Origin: a virus
DNA length: 64,000 nucleotides
Virus record (IMG/VR): IMGVR_UViG_3300042731_009106
Coordinates: 32,001-96,000 of that record
Strand: one strand, 5' to 3'
Shown here: piece after piece, positions 28,955 to 38,665 of the stretch
Layout of the letters: each line of letters opens with the position of its first letter
Position numbering within the stretch: position 1 is the first letter of the stretch
Made by a program: the position numbers and the translations under genes
Notes under the pieces: generated by a model
What the model was told of the DNA's origin: nothing
What the model saw: the letters and a program-made list of their open reading frames with translations, nothing else
The model's database searches: none

Positions 28955-28983
28955 TTGACAAATTATTTTTTTTCTTCTATAAT
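28955..28983 (+). promoter_or_regulatory. sigma70-type promoter for nrdB
   Basis: TTGACA-17 nt-TATAAT, perfect consensus. Confidence 0.85.
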
Positions 28984-29020
28984 TAGAACCATATTTACTT
29001 TTTAATCGTTATATAGAACT

Positions 29021-30034
29021 ATGGATACAAAAACAGGAGAACTACTTACCCAAAATATCGCAGGCGTGAACCGCATTTTACCTCACAAGCACAAGTATGC
29101 TTGGGATTTATTTCTTAAAAGTTGCGCAAACAATTGGATGCCTACTGAAATCAGTATGCAATCAGACATTAAACAATGGAAAAACAATGAAATTACAGAA
29201 GATGAAAAATTACTTGTTAAACGTTGTCTTGGATTTTTTGCTGGATCTGAGTCTTTGGTTGGTAATAATCTTTTGCTTAGTGCCTTTAGATTTATTACGG
29301 ATGCTGAGTGTCGCCAATATATCCTTCGCCAAGCGTTTGAAGAAAGTCTTCACAACCTTACGGTAGTTTATATTTGTGATAGCTTGGATTTGGAAATCGA
29401 AGAAGTATTTGCTGCTTATGAAAACATACCCAGCATTAAAGCTAAAGACGATTTCTTAATGAGTATTACTAACGATATTAGTAGGCCAGACTTTACTACC
29501 GACAACAAAGAAGGAAAGCAAGAGCTACTTAGAAACTTTTTAACCTATTGGATTGTGTGCGAAGGCACTTTTTTCTTTAGCGGTTTTGCAATGCTACTAG
29601 CCCTTGGTAGACAAAATAAGCTTCAAGGTATTTCAGATCAAATTAAGTATACCCTAAGGGACGAAAGTTCTCACATTGCCTTTGGTACATATTTAATCAA
29701 CACTCTTATTGAGCAAAATCCAGAAATATGGACTAAAGAAATTCAAGATGAGTTTGTGTCTCATATACAAAAAGCTGTAGAGCTTGAAATCGCTTACGCT
29801 CATGACGTTTTGCCTACAGGTATTTTGGGATTAAATGCTGACATGTTCGTTGAGTACATGCACTACATTGGAAACCGTAGGCTTGAAGCAATTGGTTTAG
29901 ATTTTAGATTTCCTAGTGACAAAAATCCATTTCCTTGGTTAGGCGAAGTTGTTGATGTTCAAGCTATGGGTAACTTTTTTGAGCGTAGAGTTAGAGAATA
30001 TCAACAAAGTGGCTCACTTGAAGATGATTTCTGA
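29021..30034 (+). CDS. nrdB: Class Ia ribonucleotide reductase beta subunit
   Basis: ANNWMPTEI, GFFAGSE, RQAFEESLH, EGTFFFSGF, RDESSH, NFFERRV.EYQ. Confidence 0.97.
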   Translation: MDTKTGELLTQNIAGVNRILPHKHKYAWDLFLKSCANNWMPTEISMQSDIKQWKNNEITEDEKLLVKRCLGFFAGSESLVGNNLLLSAFRFITDAECRQYILRQAFEESLHNLTVVYICDSLDLEIEEVFAAYENIPSIKAKDDFLMSITNDISRPDFTTDNKEGKQELLRNFLTYWIVCEGTFFFSGFAMLLALGRQNKLQGISDQIKYTLRDESSHIAFGTYLINTLIEQNPEIWTKEIQDEFVSHIQKAVELEIAYAHDVLPTGILGLNADMFVEYMHYIGNRRLEAIGLDFRFPSDKNPFPWLGEVVDVQAMGNFFERRVREYQQSGSLEDDF

Positions 30035-30053
30035 TATGTAGCCCCTTATATTG

Positions 30054-30059
30054 GTGTAT
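30054..30059 (+). promoter_or_regulatory. GTGTAW motif
   Basis: GTGTAT 9 nt before in-frame ATG 30069. Confidence 0.55.
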
Positions 30060-30068
30060 ATATTATGT

Positions 30069-30287
30069 ATGCCACATGACGGATCACATATATCAAAATC
30101 AATTCCTCAGCAGAATTGCAGTAAAAAACAAAAAGACTTACAAGGTATCCCATATAACCTCATTGGCGATACTAGTCTTAATGACCTTTTAGTTAAAGAG
30201 CTTCAGGATATAGATTTCCCAAAATCCTCCAATATTTCATCAACTCAATTCTCTAAACCCAAACACGGTATAGGAAAAAAAGTATAG
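30069..30287 (+). CDS. Hypothetical protein
   Basis: MPHDGSH...; start refined using the motif. Confidence 0.55.
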   Translation: MPHDGSHISKSIPQQNCSKKQKDLQGIPYNLIGDTSLNDLLVKELQDIDFPKSSNISSTQFSKPKHGIGKKV

Positions 30288-30288
30288 G

Positions 30289-31266
30289 ATGGCAATTAAA
30301 ACTTTAACCGAAGTATTGAATTCAATATCCGTTGATGATATTGACAAAAGCACTATGTCCGATTCTGAGTTTGATAACAGAGTCAATTCATTGTTGGGCG
30401 AGGGTTATAGCTACATCGCTCTTCAATCCAACGGTAGCGACACTTGCGGAAATCTTCTAAGTTTTAAAAGAATACAAAATTTTTCCGTTGACACTCTTTT
30501 AGTTAAGAGTGATGAGGTTGATAATAATAATTACAGTAGAGTTGACGGTGAGGTTGTTAAAAATCACCCTAATTATAAAGATAAAGGTACATTTTTTGGC
30601 TTAAAATACGACGATACAGACAAAGGTTTTTATACGAATGACATTAATTTTTTTGGTAGAGGTTTATCTAAGGATGTTTGGTTTGACAGAATGGGCATTA
30701 ATGCAAAACCAATTCCCAAACATGTTTATGTAAAAGCTAAACCTCACAAGGAAAACAAATTTCACATACCCGGCTCTTTTTATGTAGCTAGTGGTAGCCA
30801 CCCAATGGTTTATGTTGGAAATAATGCCATCATAAGCGCTTACCCAGTTTATGTTTTTGGTAAATCCTCAGATTGGCATATCGAAGGTGGAACTGCTGGA
30901 GGCGCGTTAAATCAGGCTGACAATGGCATACATAAAAGATCGACATGTCGAGGCTGTACACATCTTTACTACGACCCCACTGACGATGATCAAGAAAGTC
31001 GATATTTTAATAGGTCTGGCTGGAATACAGAGTTTTATAAATCCAATAATGAAATTGATGTTGATGGTCCTATTTATACACCCAACGCTCAATCTATTGA
31101 CATTCAAGATTTCATGGAAACTTCCGAAAGTTTCTCTTCGCCCGCTTTTAATCCATCAAATTATACTTTAAATTATTTAACTGGATATGCTTCGGATAAT
31201 GATTTCCAATCAGGTTATAGCCACAGTGGTTATGATTTTTTAAACTCTTCAAATTATAATTTTTAA
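30289..31266 (+). CDS. Hypothetical protein (putative virion)
   Basis: 325 aa ORF, D/N/G/Y-rich, no recognisable domain. Confidence 0.6.
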   Translation: MAIKTLTEVLNSISVDDIDKSTMSDSEFDNRVNSLLGEGYSYIALQSNGSDTCGNLLSFKRIQNFSVDTLLVKSDEVDNNNYSRVDGEVVKNHPNYKDKGTFFGLKYDDTDKGFYTNDINFFGRGLSKDVWFDRMGINAKPIPKHVYVKAKPHKENKFHIPGSFYVASGSHPMVYVGNNAIISAYPVYVFGKSSDWHIEGGTAGGALNQADNGIHKRSTCRGCTHLYYDPTDDDQESRYFNRSGWNTEFYKSNNEIDVDGPIYTPNAQSIDIQDFMETSESFSSPAFNPSNYTLNYLTGYASDNDFQSGYSHSGYDFLNSSNYNF

Positions 31267-31270
31267 TTAA

Positions 31271-32290
31271 ATGAGAAAAGGTTTTACGAATTTAAGAGAT
31301 TATGCCGGAGAGGTTGATAGATTCTATCTTTTTAAAGATGGCAAAACTATTACTGTTTCTGATTTGCCAAGTGAAGGCTACCACCCATCAAACTTTTTAA
31401 GAAACGACGAAGGGGATGAAGGCTTTAATCCTCCAGTGAAGCATATTGAACCCTTAGGCTCAGCCTCCTTACAAACTGATTCTTTCACAATTGGCGCAAA
31501 ATCCAAGCATAAACTATATGGAGTAAATGGCTTGTTTGTTGATGATACAGATCTAGAAATTAATAATTCTTATATACATAAAAATCTTATTCATGAAGGA
31601 GATAATTCTTTAGTTGAACTTGGTGATTGTCCAGAGCCAATAGCTGATGAGCATGGAACTGTTAACTGTTTAAGAATATATGGCTTTGGTGCTCCTGTGT
31701 TTATACCTGAATGGGATTTACATTTCCCAATTGACCCACTAGTTGATGGTAAATTTACTAGTAGATTTAAATCGTCAGATGGTAATGGAAATGAAATTGG
31801 TGTATTAAGGGGGCAAACTCACCAAGTTTGCTACAGTAGGGCCTCAAAGGCTTATGCAGCTACATTTAAATCTACAAAAGATCAGGAAAAAGCTCAGGAG
31901 GCTAGAGATAGTTGTTATAGCTATTGCAGAAACTCAAGCAATTCAGAAAGCACTGACGCCTTGAACGCTGAATTCCCTAATTCTTGCATAGACGAGTATT
32001 CTAGAAATACAAGCAGCAGTCCAACCGTTTTTCAAAGAGATTGCGGCTGCCAAATTAGCTGGCAGACAAGTGACATGGTCTTCGTGCAAGATGTTTGCGG
32101 GTTTGATTTACTCATGAATGAGTCAGATTTCAGAGACTTTTCTCGTCTTAGACTACCTTATGTTTATACTGACAAAAGTTTATACAGTGACAGCAATTGG
32201 GAAAAATCATTAGACGAAGATTTGATGCTGAATGTTCTTAGTGAGAATATACAGACTGATATTTACGGTGAAGACTTTTTAGTATTTTAA
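31271..32290 (+). CDS. Hypothetical Cys-containing protein (putative virion)
   Basis: 339 aa; CYSYC, DCGC. Confidence 0.6.
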   Translation: MRKGFTNLRDYAGEVDRFYLFKDGKTITVSDLPSEGYHPSNFLRNDEGDEGFNPPVKHIEPLGSASLQTDSFTIGAKSKHKLYGVNGLFVDDTDLEINNSYIHKNLIHEGDNSLVELGDCPEPIADEHGTVNCLRIYGFGAPVFIPEWDLHFPIDPLVDGKFTSRFKSSDGNGNEIGVLRGQTHQVCYSRASKAYAATFKSTKDQEKAQEARDSCYSYCRNSSNSESTDALNAEFPNSCIDEYSRNTSSSPTVFQRDCGCQISWQTSDMVFVQDVCGFDLLMNESDFRDFSRLRLPYVYTDKSLYSDSNWEKSLDEDLMLNVLSENIQTDIYGEDFLVF

Positions 32291-32292
32291 TT

Positions 32293-33240
32293 ATGTCAAG
32301 ACTTAAAGAAATTTTATCTAATTCAAAATATACCAGTTATGCTGTAGGTATAGGCGACCCAGATTTTAGTGACCTGAGATCTTTAATATCTTCATCTAAT
32401 ATAGAAAACGCTTACTCCCATTTAGGGAACCATTTTGTAGGAAGAAGCAAATCCAATCCAAACAACCTTAGAACTCAGAAATCTCAATATAAATCTAAAT
32501 CAAATTTGCGAAATGTATTCCACGGTTTTCTTGGTGGGATAGGAGAAGGGGGAACGTTCCCCTTCGTTTTCGATATCCCACAATTCAATCTTTTGTCTAA
32601 TTCGGAAAGGGTAGAAATCTTAGGCTCAAAAGCTCAATATGTAGATAACACAAAACCAAATGATACTACCTTTATAGCTATTGGTGAGCAATTTAGAAAC
32701 TCTACATTTGATGAAAATTTCTTAAATGAACATTCTTTTAGAATTTTTATATCGAATATCGTATCTAAAGATAAATATATACAGTTCCCTAGATTAAAAG
32801 TTTTTGATGCGGACACTATAGTTACTCACAATCAGTCAGATCATAAAGTTATTGAAATCAAAAATGAAGCAGTCTATGTTTATCCGGGAAAATACAAAAG
32901 ATGCTTGAAGGTAAATACTTGTTCTGCTGGAATCAAAAATATGGATAAAAATTTTTCAATGAGTGGAGAGGTTAAAGCTGTTGACGATAACTCTAGGGGT
33001 AGGTGCATCCGAATGGCTTCCACATTCTTACAAAGCTTTGGTAAATTTCGTGGCTCTGGCTTTACTAATTTAGTTAGAAATCATGGTTATGGGTTAGGGG
33101 ATGGAGGTTACCCTCAGTTAGCTGTATATATGGAAGATAGCGTAGGAAAACTTGGCTTAGATAATGTGGATCACACTTTTTTTAAAAAATTCACTGAAGA
33201 TCCAGACGACTATACATGGAATAACAAAACTCCTAATTAA
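32293..33240 (+). CDS. Hypothetical protein (putative virion)
   Basis: 315 aa ORF, no recognisable domain. Confidence 0.6.
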   Translation: MSRLKEILSNSKYTSYAVGIGDPDFSDLRSLISSSNIENAYSHLGNHFVGRSKSNPNNLRTQKSQYKSKSNLRNVFHGFLGGIGEGGTFPFVFDIPQFNLLSNSERVEILGSKAQYVDNTKPNDTTFIAIGEQFRNSTFDENFLNEHSFRIFISNIVSKDKYIQFPRLKVFDADTIVTHNQSDHKVIEIKNEAVYVYPGKYKRCLKVNTCSAGIKNMDKNFSMSGEVKAVDDNSRGRCIRMASTFLQSFGKFRGSGFTNLVRNHGYGLGDGGYPQLAVYMEDSVGKLGLDNVDHTFFKKFTEDPDDYTWNNKTPN

Positions 33241-33252
33241 ACAAATTTATTG

Positions 33253-33281
33253 TTGACTTTTTAATATAATTGCCATAGAAT
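33253..33281 (+). promoter_or_regulatory. sigma70-type promoter for the recA operon
   Basis: TTGACT-17 nt-TAGAAT. Confidence 0.7.
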
Positions 33282-33293
33282 AGTCTGATATTT

Positions 33294-33626
33294 ATGGCCC
33301 ACTTAAACAAAAAGCAAATTGTACTTAGGCTAATCACGCCACCAAAATCACCTAAAGGTCCATATTGGTCAAGAGAGTATAAAATTCTTAATTCATTAAT
33401 GGAAAAGTATCCTGATAAGAAATTTTGGGACTTACTTAAATTCAATGAAGGCTGGGATTCTTTAGTTATTTTTCAATCTGATTTCGGTAAGGAACTATTA
33501 GAACGAAAGTACAAGGAGTGGAACTATAAAATTAAAGAAAGTAAAAAATTTGAGTTGACAAAAAAGATAGGACCTGATATCATTATAGATCGTAAGCCAA
33601 AAAACCTTAGACAATTTTTATCATGA
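33294..33626 (+). CDS. Hypothetical protein upstream of recA
   Basis: 110 aa; ATGA overlap with recA. Confidence 0.7.
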   Translation: MAHLNKKQIVLRLITPPKSPKGPYWSREYKILNSLMEKYPDKKFWDLLKFNEGWDSLVIFQSDFGKELLERKYKEWNYKIKESKKFELTKKIGPDIIIDRKPKNLRQFLS

Positions 33627-34720
33627 GCAAAACATTAGATCAAATTAATAAATTCCTTTCCGACAAAGATAATAAAAAATACCACTTCAATGATTTCAAT
33701 GAAGATGAATATAAAATATCAAGTGGTAGTTTAAATCTGGATTTAGCCTTGGGTGGTGGACTTCCAGCTGGAGCCCATAGATTTACAGGAATTAACGAAG
33801 GCGGCAAAACTAGCTGTGCATTGACTGTAGCCAAAAACTTTCAAAGTCATTTCGGCAAAGATGGCATGGTTGTGATAGTAAAATCAGAAGGAAGGTTAAG
33901 TCCTGAAATGCTAAAGAGAACAGGAGTAGATCTTGATCCAGAAAAGTTTTTTATTCTTGATTGCAATATTTTTGAAAAAGTTTTTGAGTTTATTAGAGAC
34001 TTGGTTTTTAATAACGAAGATAACAAAAAATATATGTTCATTATTGATAGTGTTGATGCTCTTTGCAGAATGAATGATATTGACAAACCATTTAGTGAAA
34101 GCGAACAAGTGGCTGGTGGAGCATTAGTCACATCTGTTTTTCTTAAAAAGATGGTTTTACCTATCACTAAAATGGGGCACATGATGATACTAACTTCTCA
34201 AGTTAGAGTAGAAGTTGCCGCAAATCCTTATGCAGCAAGAGGTGGTCCAAAGGTTAAGCAAGCTGGTGGTAATGCAATTAAGCATTATGCTAATTTCATT
34301 TTAGAGTTTGAAGAAAGGTATACTAATGACATTATGTGGGAAAATGCATCTGCCTCTAAGATCGAAGATAAAGGTAATCCCATAGGTCATTATTGCAAGA
34401 TTCGTTTTCGCAAAAGTGTCAACGAAAAGACTGGAGCTCAAGTTCGCTATCCTATTCGCTACGGTAGAACAGATGGTAATTCTGTATGGCTAGAGAAAGA
34501 AATTATAGACATGATGTATTTATGGGGTTATATCGAAAAGAAAGGTGCATGGATATCTTTCGATGAAGATATTCTAAAAGATTTATCTGATAAAAAAATT
34601 GAGTGTCCAGAAAAAATACAAGGTGATAATAAATTACTTGAATTAATAGAAACTAATGGAAGTTTAAAAGACTATTTTTACAATACTATACATGACATCT
34701 TCCAAAATGAAAAAGAATAA
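33623..34720 (+). CDS. recA: RecA/UvsX-like recombinase
   Basis: ISSGSL.LDLALGGGLP, Walker A GINEGGKTS, IIDSVDAL, SQVR, GGNAIKHYA, KKGAWI. Confidence 0.92.
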   Translation: MSKTLDQINKFLSDKDNKKYHFNDFNEDEYKISSGSLNLDLALGGGLPAGAHRFTGINEGGKTSCALTVAKNFQSHFGKDGMVVIVKSEGRLSPEMLKRTGVDLDPEKFFILDCNIFEKVFEFIRDLVFNNEDNKKYMFIIDSVDALCRMNDIDKPFSESEQVAGGALVTSVFLKKMVLPITKMGHMMILTSQVRVEVAANPYAARGGPKVKQAGGNAIKHYANFILEFEERYTNDIMWENASASKIEDKGNPIGHYCKIRFRKSVNEKTGAQVRYPIRYGRTDGNSVWLEKEIIDMMYLWGYIEKKGAWISFDEDILKDLSDKKIECPEKIQGDNKLLELIETNGSLKDYFYNTIHDIFQNEKE

Positions 34721-35966
34721 AATCTTTATTTCGATAGCTAGTTATCGAGATCCCCAGCTCATACCAACTATAGAAAATTGTATAAAGAATGCTAAAAATC
34801 CTAAAAATTTAGTGTTTGGAATCTTAAGGCAATACAATAAAAAAGATGGCTTTGATGATCTTTCTGACTATAAGAGTAAAACAAACTTCAGGATTAAAGA
34901 AATGCTCTCTCACAAGAGCAAAGGGGTATGCCATTCCAGATACCAAATACAAACTATGTATGATGGAGAAGAATTTTATTTACAGTTAGACTCACATCAC
35001 AGATTCATTAAAGATTGGGATACTAAACTAAAACAAACATTATCTTCCCTTAAGAAGTCGGGCAGCAAAAAACCTATACTAACAGGTTACTTGCCTTCTT
35101 TCGATCCAGATGTAGAAGGAGAAGCTAGATTAAACGATGTATGGCGTCAATACATTGATCGCTTTCAACCCGAAGGTCCAATCTTTATTTTTCCCGAAAC
35201 TATACCTAATTGGCAAAGAAAAAAGCCTGAAAAAGCTAGGTTCCTTAGTGGTCATTTTATTTTTAGCTATGGAGACTTTGTGACTAATGTTCCATATGAT
35301 CCAAAACTTTATTTCCATGGAGAAGAAAGCTCTTTAGCTGTCAGGGCATATACTCATGGCTATGATTTGTATCATTTGCATAGACCTTGGGTTTGGCATC
35401 ATTATGGCAGAGATAATTATGCTAGACACTGGGATGATGAATCAGTTTGGGGCGACTTAAACAAACAAAGCTTTCTTCGCTATAAAACTTTACTTGGAAT
35501 GGATGGTATTCGCAGAAAGCATATACCAAAATACGGTCTGGGTAAAGTTAGGTCACTTAGTGATTATGAATCTTATGCTGGTATTAGATTTAAAGATCGT
35601 CAAATCCATCAAGCTGCATTCGACAGAACCCCACCCCCAGTTAAACTAAAAAAGGGTGAAAAAATAGAAGATAAATTTGTTTCTCAATTTAAGTATTGCA
35701 TAGATCTACATAAACCAAATTTCCCAGAAAATGATTATGATGTTTGGGCAATTGCATTCAAAGATAAGAATGGTAATGAAATGATTAGGTTGGATGCTGG
35801 GGAAGAAGAAATAGCCAGACTTCAAAACGAAAATCCTAAAGATGATTTTATAAGGCTATGGAGACAGTTTGAAACTTCAGAGCTTCCATCTAGTTGGTTG
35901 ATCTGGCCTCACAGTAAAAGTAAGGACTGGATGAATATTGTAGAAGGGACTGTGCCAGTATTATGA
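34707..35966 (+). CDS. GT60-like (Skp1 hydroxyproline GlcNAc-transferase family) glycosyltransferase, paralog 1
   Basis: IFISIASYRDP, LQLDSHHRF..DWD, VPYDP.LYF.GEE..L.VRAYTHGYD; alternative start at 34692. Confidence 0.85.
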   Translation: MKKNKIFISIASYRDPQLIPTIENCIKNAKNPKNLVFGILRQYNKKDGFDDLSDYKSKTNFRIKEMLSHKSKGVCHSRYQIQTMYDGEEFYLQLDSHHRFIKDWDTKLKQTLSSLKKSGSKKPILTGYLPSFDPDVEGEARLNDVWRQYIDRFQPEGPIFIFPETIPNWQRKKPEKARFLSGHFIFSYGDFVTNVPYDPKLYFHGEESSLAVRAYTHGYDLYHLHRPWVWHHYGRDNYARHWDDESVWGDLNKQSFLRYKTLLGMDGIRRKHIPKYGLGKVRSLSDYESYAGIRFKDRQIHQAAFDRTPPPVKLKKGEKIEDKFVSQFKYCIDLHKPNFPENDYDVWAIAFKDKNGNEMIRLDAGEEEIARLQNENPKDDFIRLWRQFETSELPSSWLIWPHSKSKDWMNIVEGTVPVL

Positions 35967-37225
35967 GCTCTATATATGTACAAATAGCTGCCTACAGAGA
36001 TCCTGATGTAGTTAATACATTAAAAGATATAGTTAAGCAGTCAAGCAAAAAACATAAAATTGTAATCAATATAATTGATCAATATTCTCCAGATGATAAT
36101 TTTTACGATATTGAAAAAACATTTAAACATTTAAAGTGCAATGCCTTTGCTAGCTTAAAATATAAAAAAATTCTTTATACAGAAACTAAAGGGGTTTGCT
36201 GGGTTAGGCATTTATTAAACGAGGATTATTCTGGGGAAGACTTCACCCTCCAATTAGACTCTCATCATAGGTTTGAAAAAAATTGGGATACGACTTTAAT
36301 ATCTATGCTGGATTCACTTTGTGATGCTGGTTACAAAAAACCTTTACTTACAACATACTGCCCCGGATATCTAACTAGCGACGAAACAAAATATCCATTT
36401 GCAACACAAATGGATTTTGACAGATTCACCCCAGAAGGCGCAGTATTTTTTAGCTCTGGGATCATCCCAAACTGGGAAAACAAAAAGCTTCCAGTACCAT
36501 CTAGATTCATTAGTGGTCATATGATTTTCGTGCAAGGATCTTTCTGCAAAGAAGTTCCATATGATCCTTATTATTTATTCCACGGAGAAGAAATTAATCT
36601 CACGGTACGAGCTTATACTCATGGTTATGATTTATTCCATCCACATAAGCCTGTAGTTTATCACGAATATTCTCGAAGTCATCGCCCTAAAAAGTGCTGG
36701 GATGACGACCCACAATGGGGTCTTAAAAATGATAAATCTCACTTACGTAACAGAAAATTCTTTCAAATGGATGGAGAGAAAAAAGATATAGACTTCGGAA
36801 AATATGATCTCGGAACAGTTAGAACGATAGAGCAGTACGAAGAATATAGCGGCGTTAGAATGAGAAGTCGCTCAGTACAACAATATACTATTGACTTGCA
36901 TCACGCACCTAACCCAGTTCATATGTCTGATGATGATTATGAATCTTCTTTTTTACCTATCTTTAAACACTGTATTGATTTGTCTTATGAGATCGTACCC
37001 TTAAATGATTATACTTTTTGGTGCGTAGCCTTCAAAGATAAAGACGGTAATGATATTTACAGGCAAGATGCTAACAAAGAAGAAATTCATAAAATGAAAA
37101 ATGACCCTGATGGTTATTGTAAATTATGGAGATCTTTTCCCTCTCCACAGAAACCTCATAGCTGGCTAGTATGGCCTCACAGCGAAAGCGAAGGTTGGCT
37201 TGAACCAATTACAGGCTACCTTTAA
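35963..37225 (+). CDS. GT60-like glycosyltransferase, paralog 2
   Basis: IYVQIAAYRDP, LQLDSHHRF, VPYDPYYLFHGEEINL.VRAYTHGYD. Confidence 0.85.
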   Translation: MSSIYVQIAAYRDPDVVNTLKDIVKQSSKKHKIVINIIDQYSPDDNFYDIEKTFKHLKCNAFASLKYKKILYTETKGVCWVRHLLNEDYSGEDFTLQLDSHHRFEKNWDTTLISMLDSLCDAGYKKPLLTTYCPGYLTSDETKYPFATQMDFDRFTPEGAVFFSSGIIPNWENKKLPVPSRFISGHMIFVQGSFCKEVPYDPYYLFHGEEINLTVRAYTHGYDLFHPHKPVVYHEYSRSHRPKKCWDDDPQWGLKNDKSHLRNRKFFQMDGEKKDIDFGKYDLGTVRTIEQYEEYSGVRMRSRSVQQYTIDLHHAPNPVHMSDDDYESSFLPIFKHCIDLSYEIVPLNDYTFWCVAFKDKDGNDIYRQDANKEEIHKMKNDPDGYCKLWRSFPSPQKPHSWLVWPHSESEGWLEPITGYL

Positions 37226-37875
37226 TGGTTTCTTTTAAACATAATTATATATTTGTACATATTCCAAAGTGCGCTGGTACTTCTATAGAGCAAGCTTTAA
37301 TTAAAAATGAAGATAAGCCCTTAGATTTCGACAAGTTATTGCTGCCAAACAATAAAGGCATACCTTCTTCGCATAAAGCTTTTAAAGAATACTATGAAGT
37401 CCCCCAACACTATACATTACAAACTATACATGATATACTTTGCGATCAAGGTCATTTAGATTTTTTTAATCAAGCTTTTATTTTTGCTGTTGTCAGAAAT
37501 CCATTAGATAGAATAAGATCCTCTTCCTCATATCTTACTAAAACTTTTAAAACACAATACAACATAGCCTCTTTACTTCATCACAAAAATATAGGAAACC
37601 ATAGGTTTGATTTAAATCAATATGACTGGTTGACAGTTAATAATAAATTTAAAGTTAATAAAATTATTCATTTTGAAAACTTGTCAGAAGGCCTTAACTT
37701 TGTTTCAAATAAACTATCTCTGTCTATAGATTTACCAAAACATAAATTTGAATCAAGTGGCGGCAACTTTTCGGTAAATGACTCTCCAAGAGTTCGGACT
37801 TTAGTGTATAATAAATACATCAAAGATTACAAAGAATTTAATTATGAACATCCAGTTAAAGTCTCAAGCCTTTAA
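37225..37875 (+). CDS. Sulfotransferase family 2
   Basis: IFVHIPKCAGTS, FAVVRNPLDR..S, IIHFENL. Confidence 0.88.
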   Translation: MVSFKHNYIFVHIPKCAGTSIEQALIKNEDKPLDFDKLLLPNNKGIPSSHKAFKEYYEVPQHYTLQTIHDILCDQGHLDFFNQAFIFAVVRNPLDRIRSSSSYLTKTFKTQYNIASLLHHKNIGNHRFDLNQYDWLTVNNKFKVNKIIHFENLSEGLNFVSNKLSLSIDLPKHKFESSGGNFSVNDSPRVRTLVYNKYIKDYKEFNYEHPVKVSSL

Positions 37876-38665
37876 AAATATAAACAGCCCTCTTTCCTTA
37901 AATTTAAACGCAGAAAATCATTGGGCTCCACCTGAAAATAAAAATGATTACTGCATCTTAACTGATAACAATTGTTTTAATAATAATTTAATCAATAGTA
38001 TCTCTTGTAAAAAAATTGCATGGCTGGTTGAGCCCCCAATTATAAATGGAGAAAACTATGTTAAAATGAAAAACTTTCAGCATAAAAAATTTGATTATGT
38101 TTTCGGAAGCATCACACACCATCACTATACCAACATTCCTAATTATAAATATTTTGCTCATGGAGGAACAGTTCACAGGGAAGAAGATATAAAGATTTGG
38201 GAAAAAAGTAAATTGCTTAGCATGATTTTCTCAAAAAAGAAATGGAATAATGGGCATAGACATAGACACCACATCTACAATACCATAAAAAAGTCGCATG
38301 ACTTTGATGCGTTTGGTTGTGGAGTTGGTAATAGAATTAAATACAAGATAGGAGGACTCAAAGATTATATGTTTTCAATAGCTATGGAAAACTGTATGGA
38401 AGGAGATTATTTTACGGAGAAAATTATTGACTGTTTTTTAACTGGAACTATTCCCATTTATTATGGTACTCGAAATATAAAAAATTATTTTAACATGAAA
38501 GGCATTCTTTGGTTTAGGGGTACTGATGACATAAATAAAATTTTAAATAGAATCAACAAAGAATTATATCTAGAAAAATTAGATGCCATTAAAGAAAATT
38601 TTCAAATAGCACAAGATTACATACGGACAGGAGAAAGGCTTAAAAAATTAATTAATGATTTATGA
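37844..38665 (+). CDS. GT10-like (alpha-1,3-fucosyltransferase C-terminal motif) glycosyltransferase
   Basis: K..GLKDYMFSIAMEN.....YFTEKI.DCF.TGTIPIYYG. Confidence 0.8.
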   Translation: MNIQLKSQAFKNINSPLSLNLNAENHWAPPENKNDYCILTDNNCFNNNLINSISCKKIAWLVEPPIINGENYVKMKNFQHKKFDYVFGSITHHHYTNIPNYKYFAHGGTVHREEDIKIWEKSKLLSMIFSKKKWNNGHRHRHHIYNTIKKSHDFDAFGCGVGNRIKYKIGGLKDYMFSIAMENCMEGDYFTEKIIDCFLTGTIPIYYGTRNIKNYFNMKGILWFRGTDDINKILNRINKELYLEKLDAIKENFQIAQDYIRTGERLKKLINDL

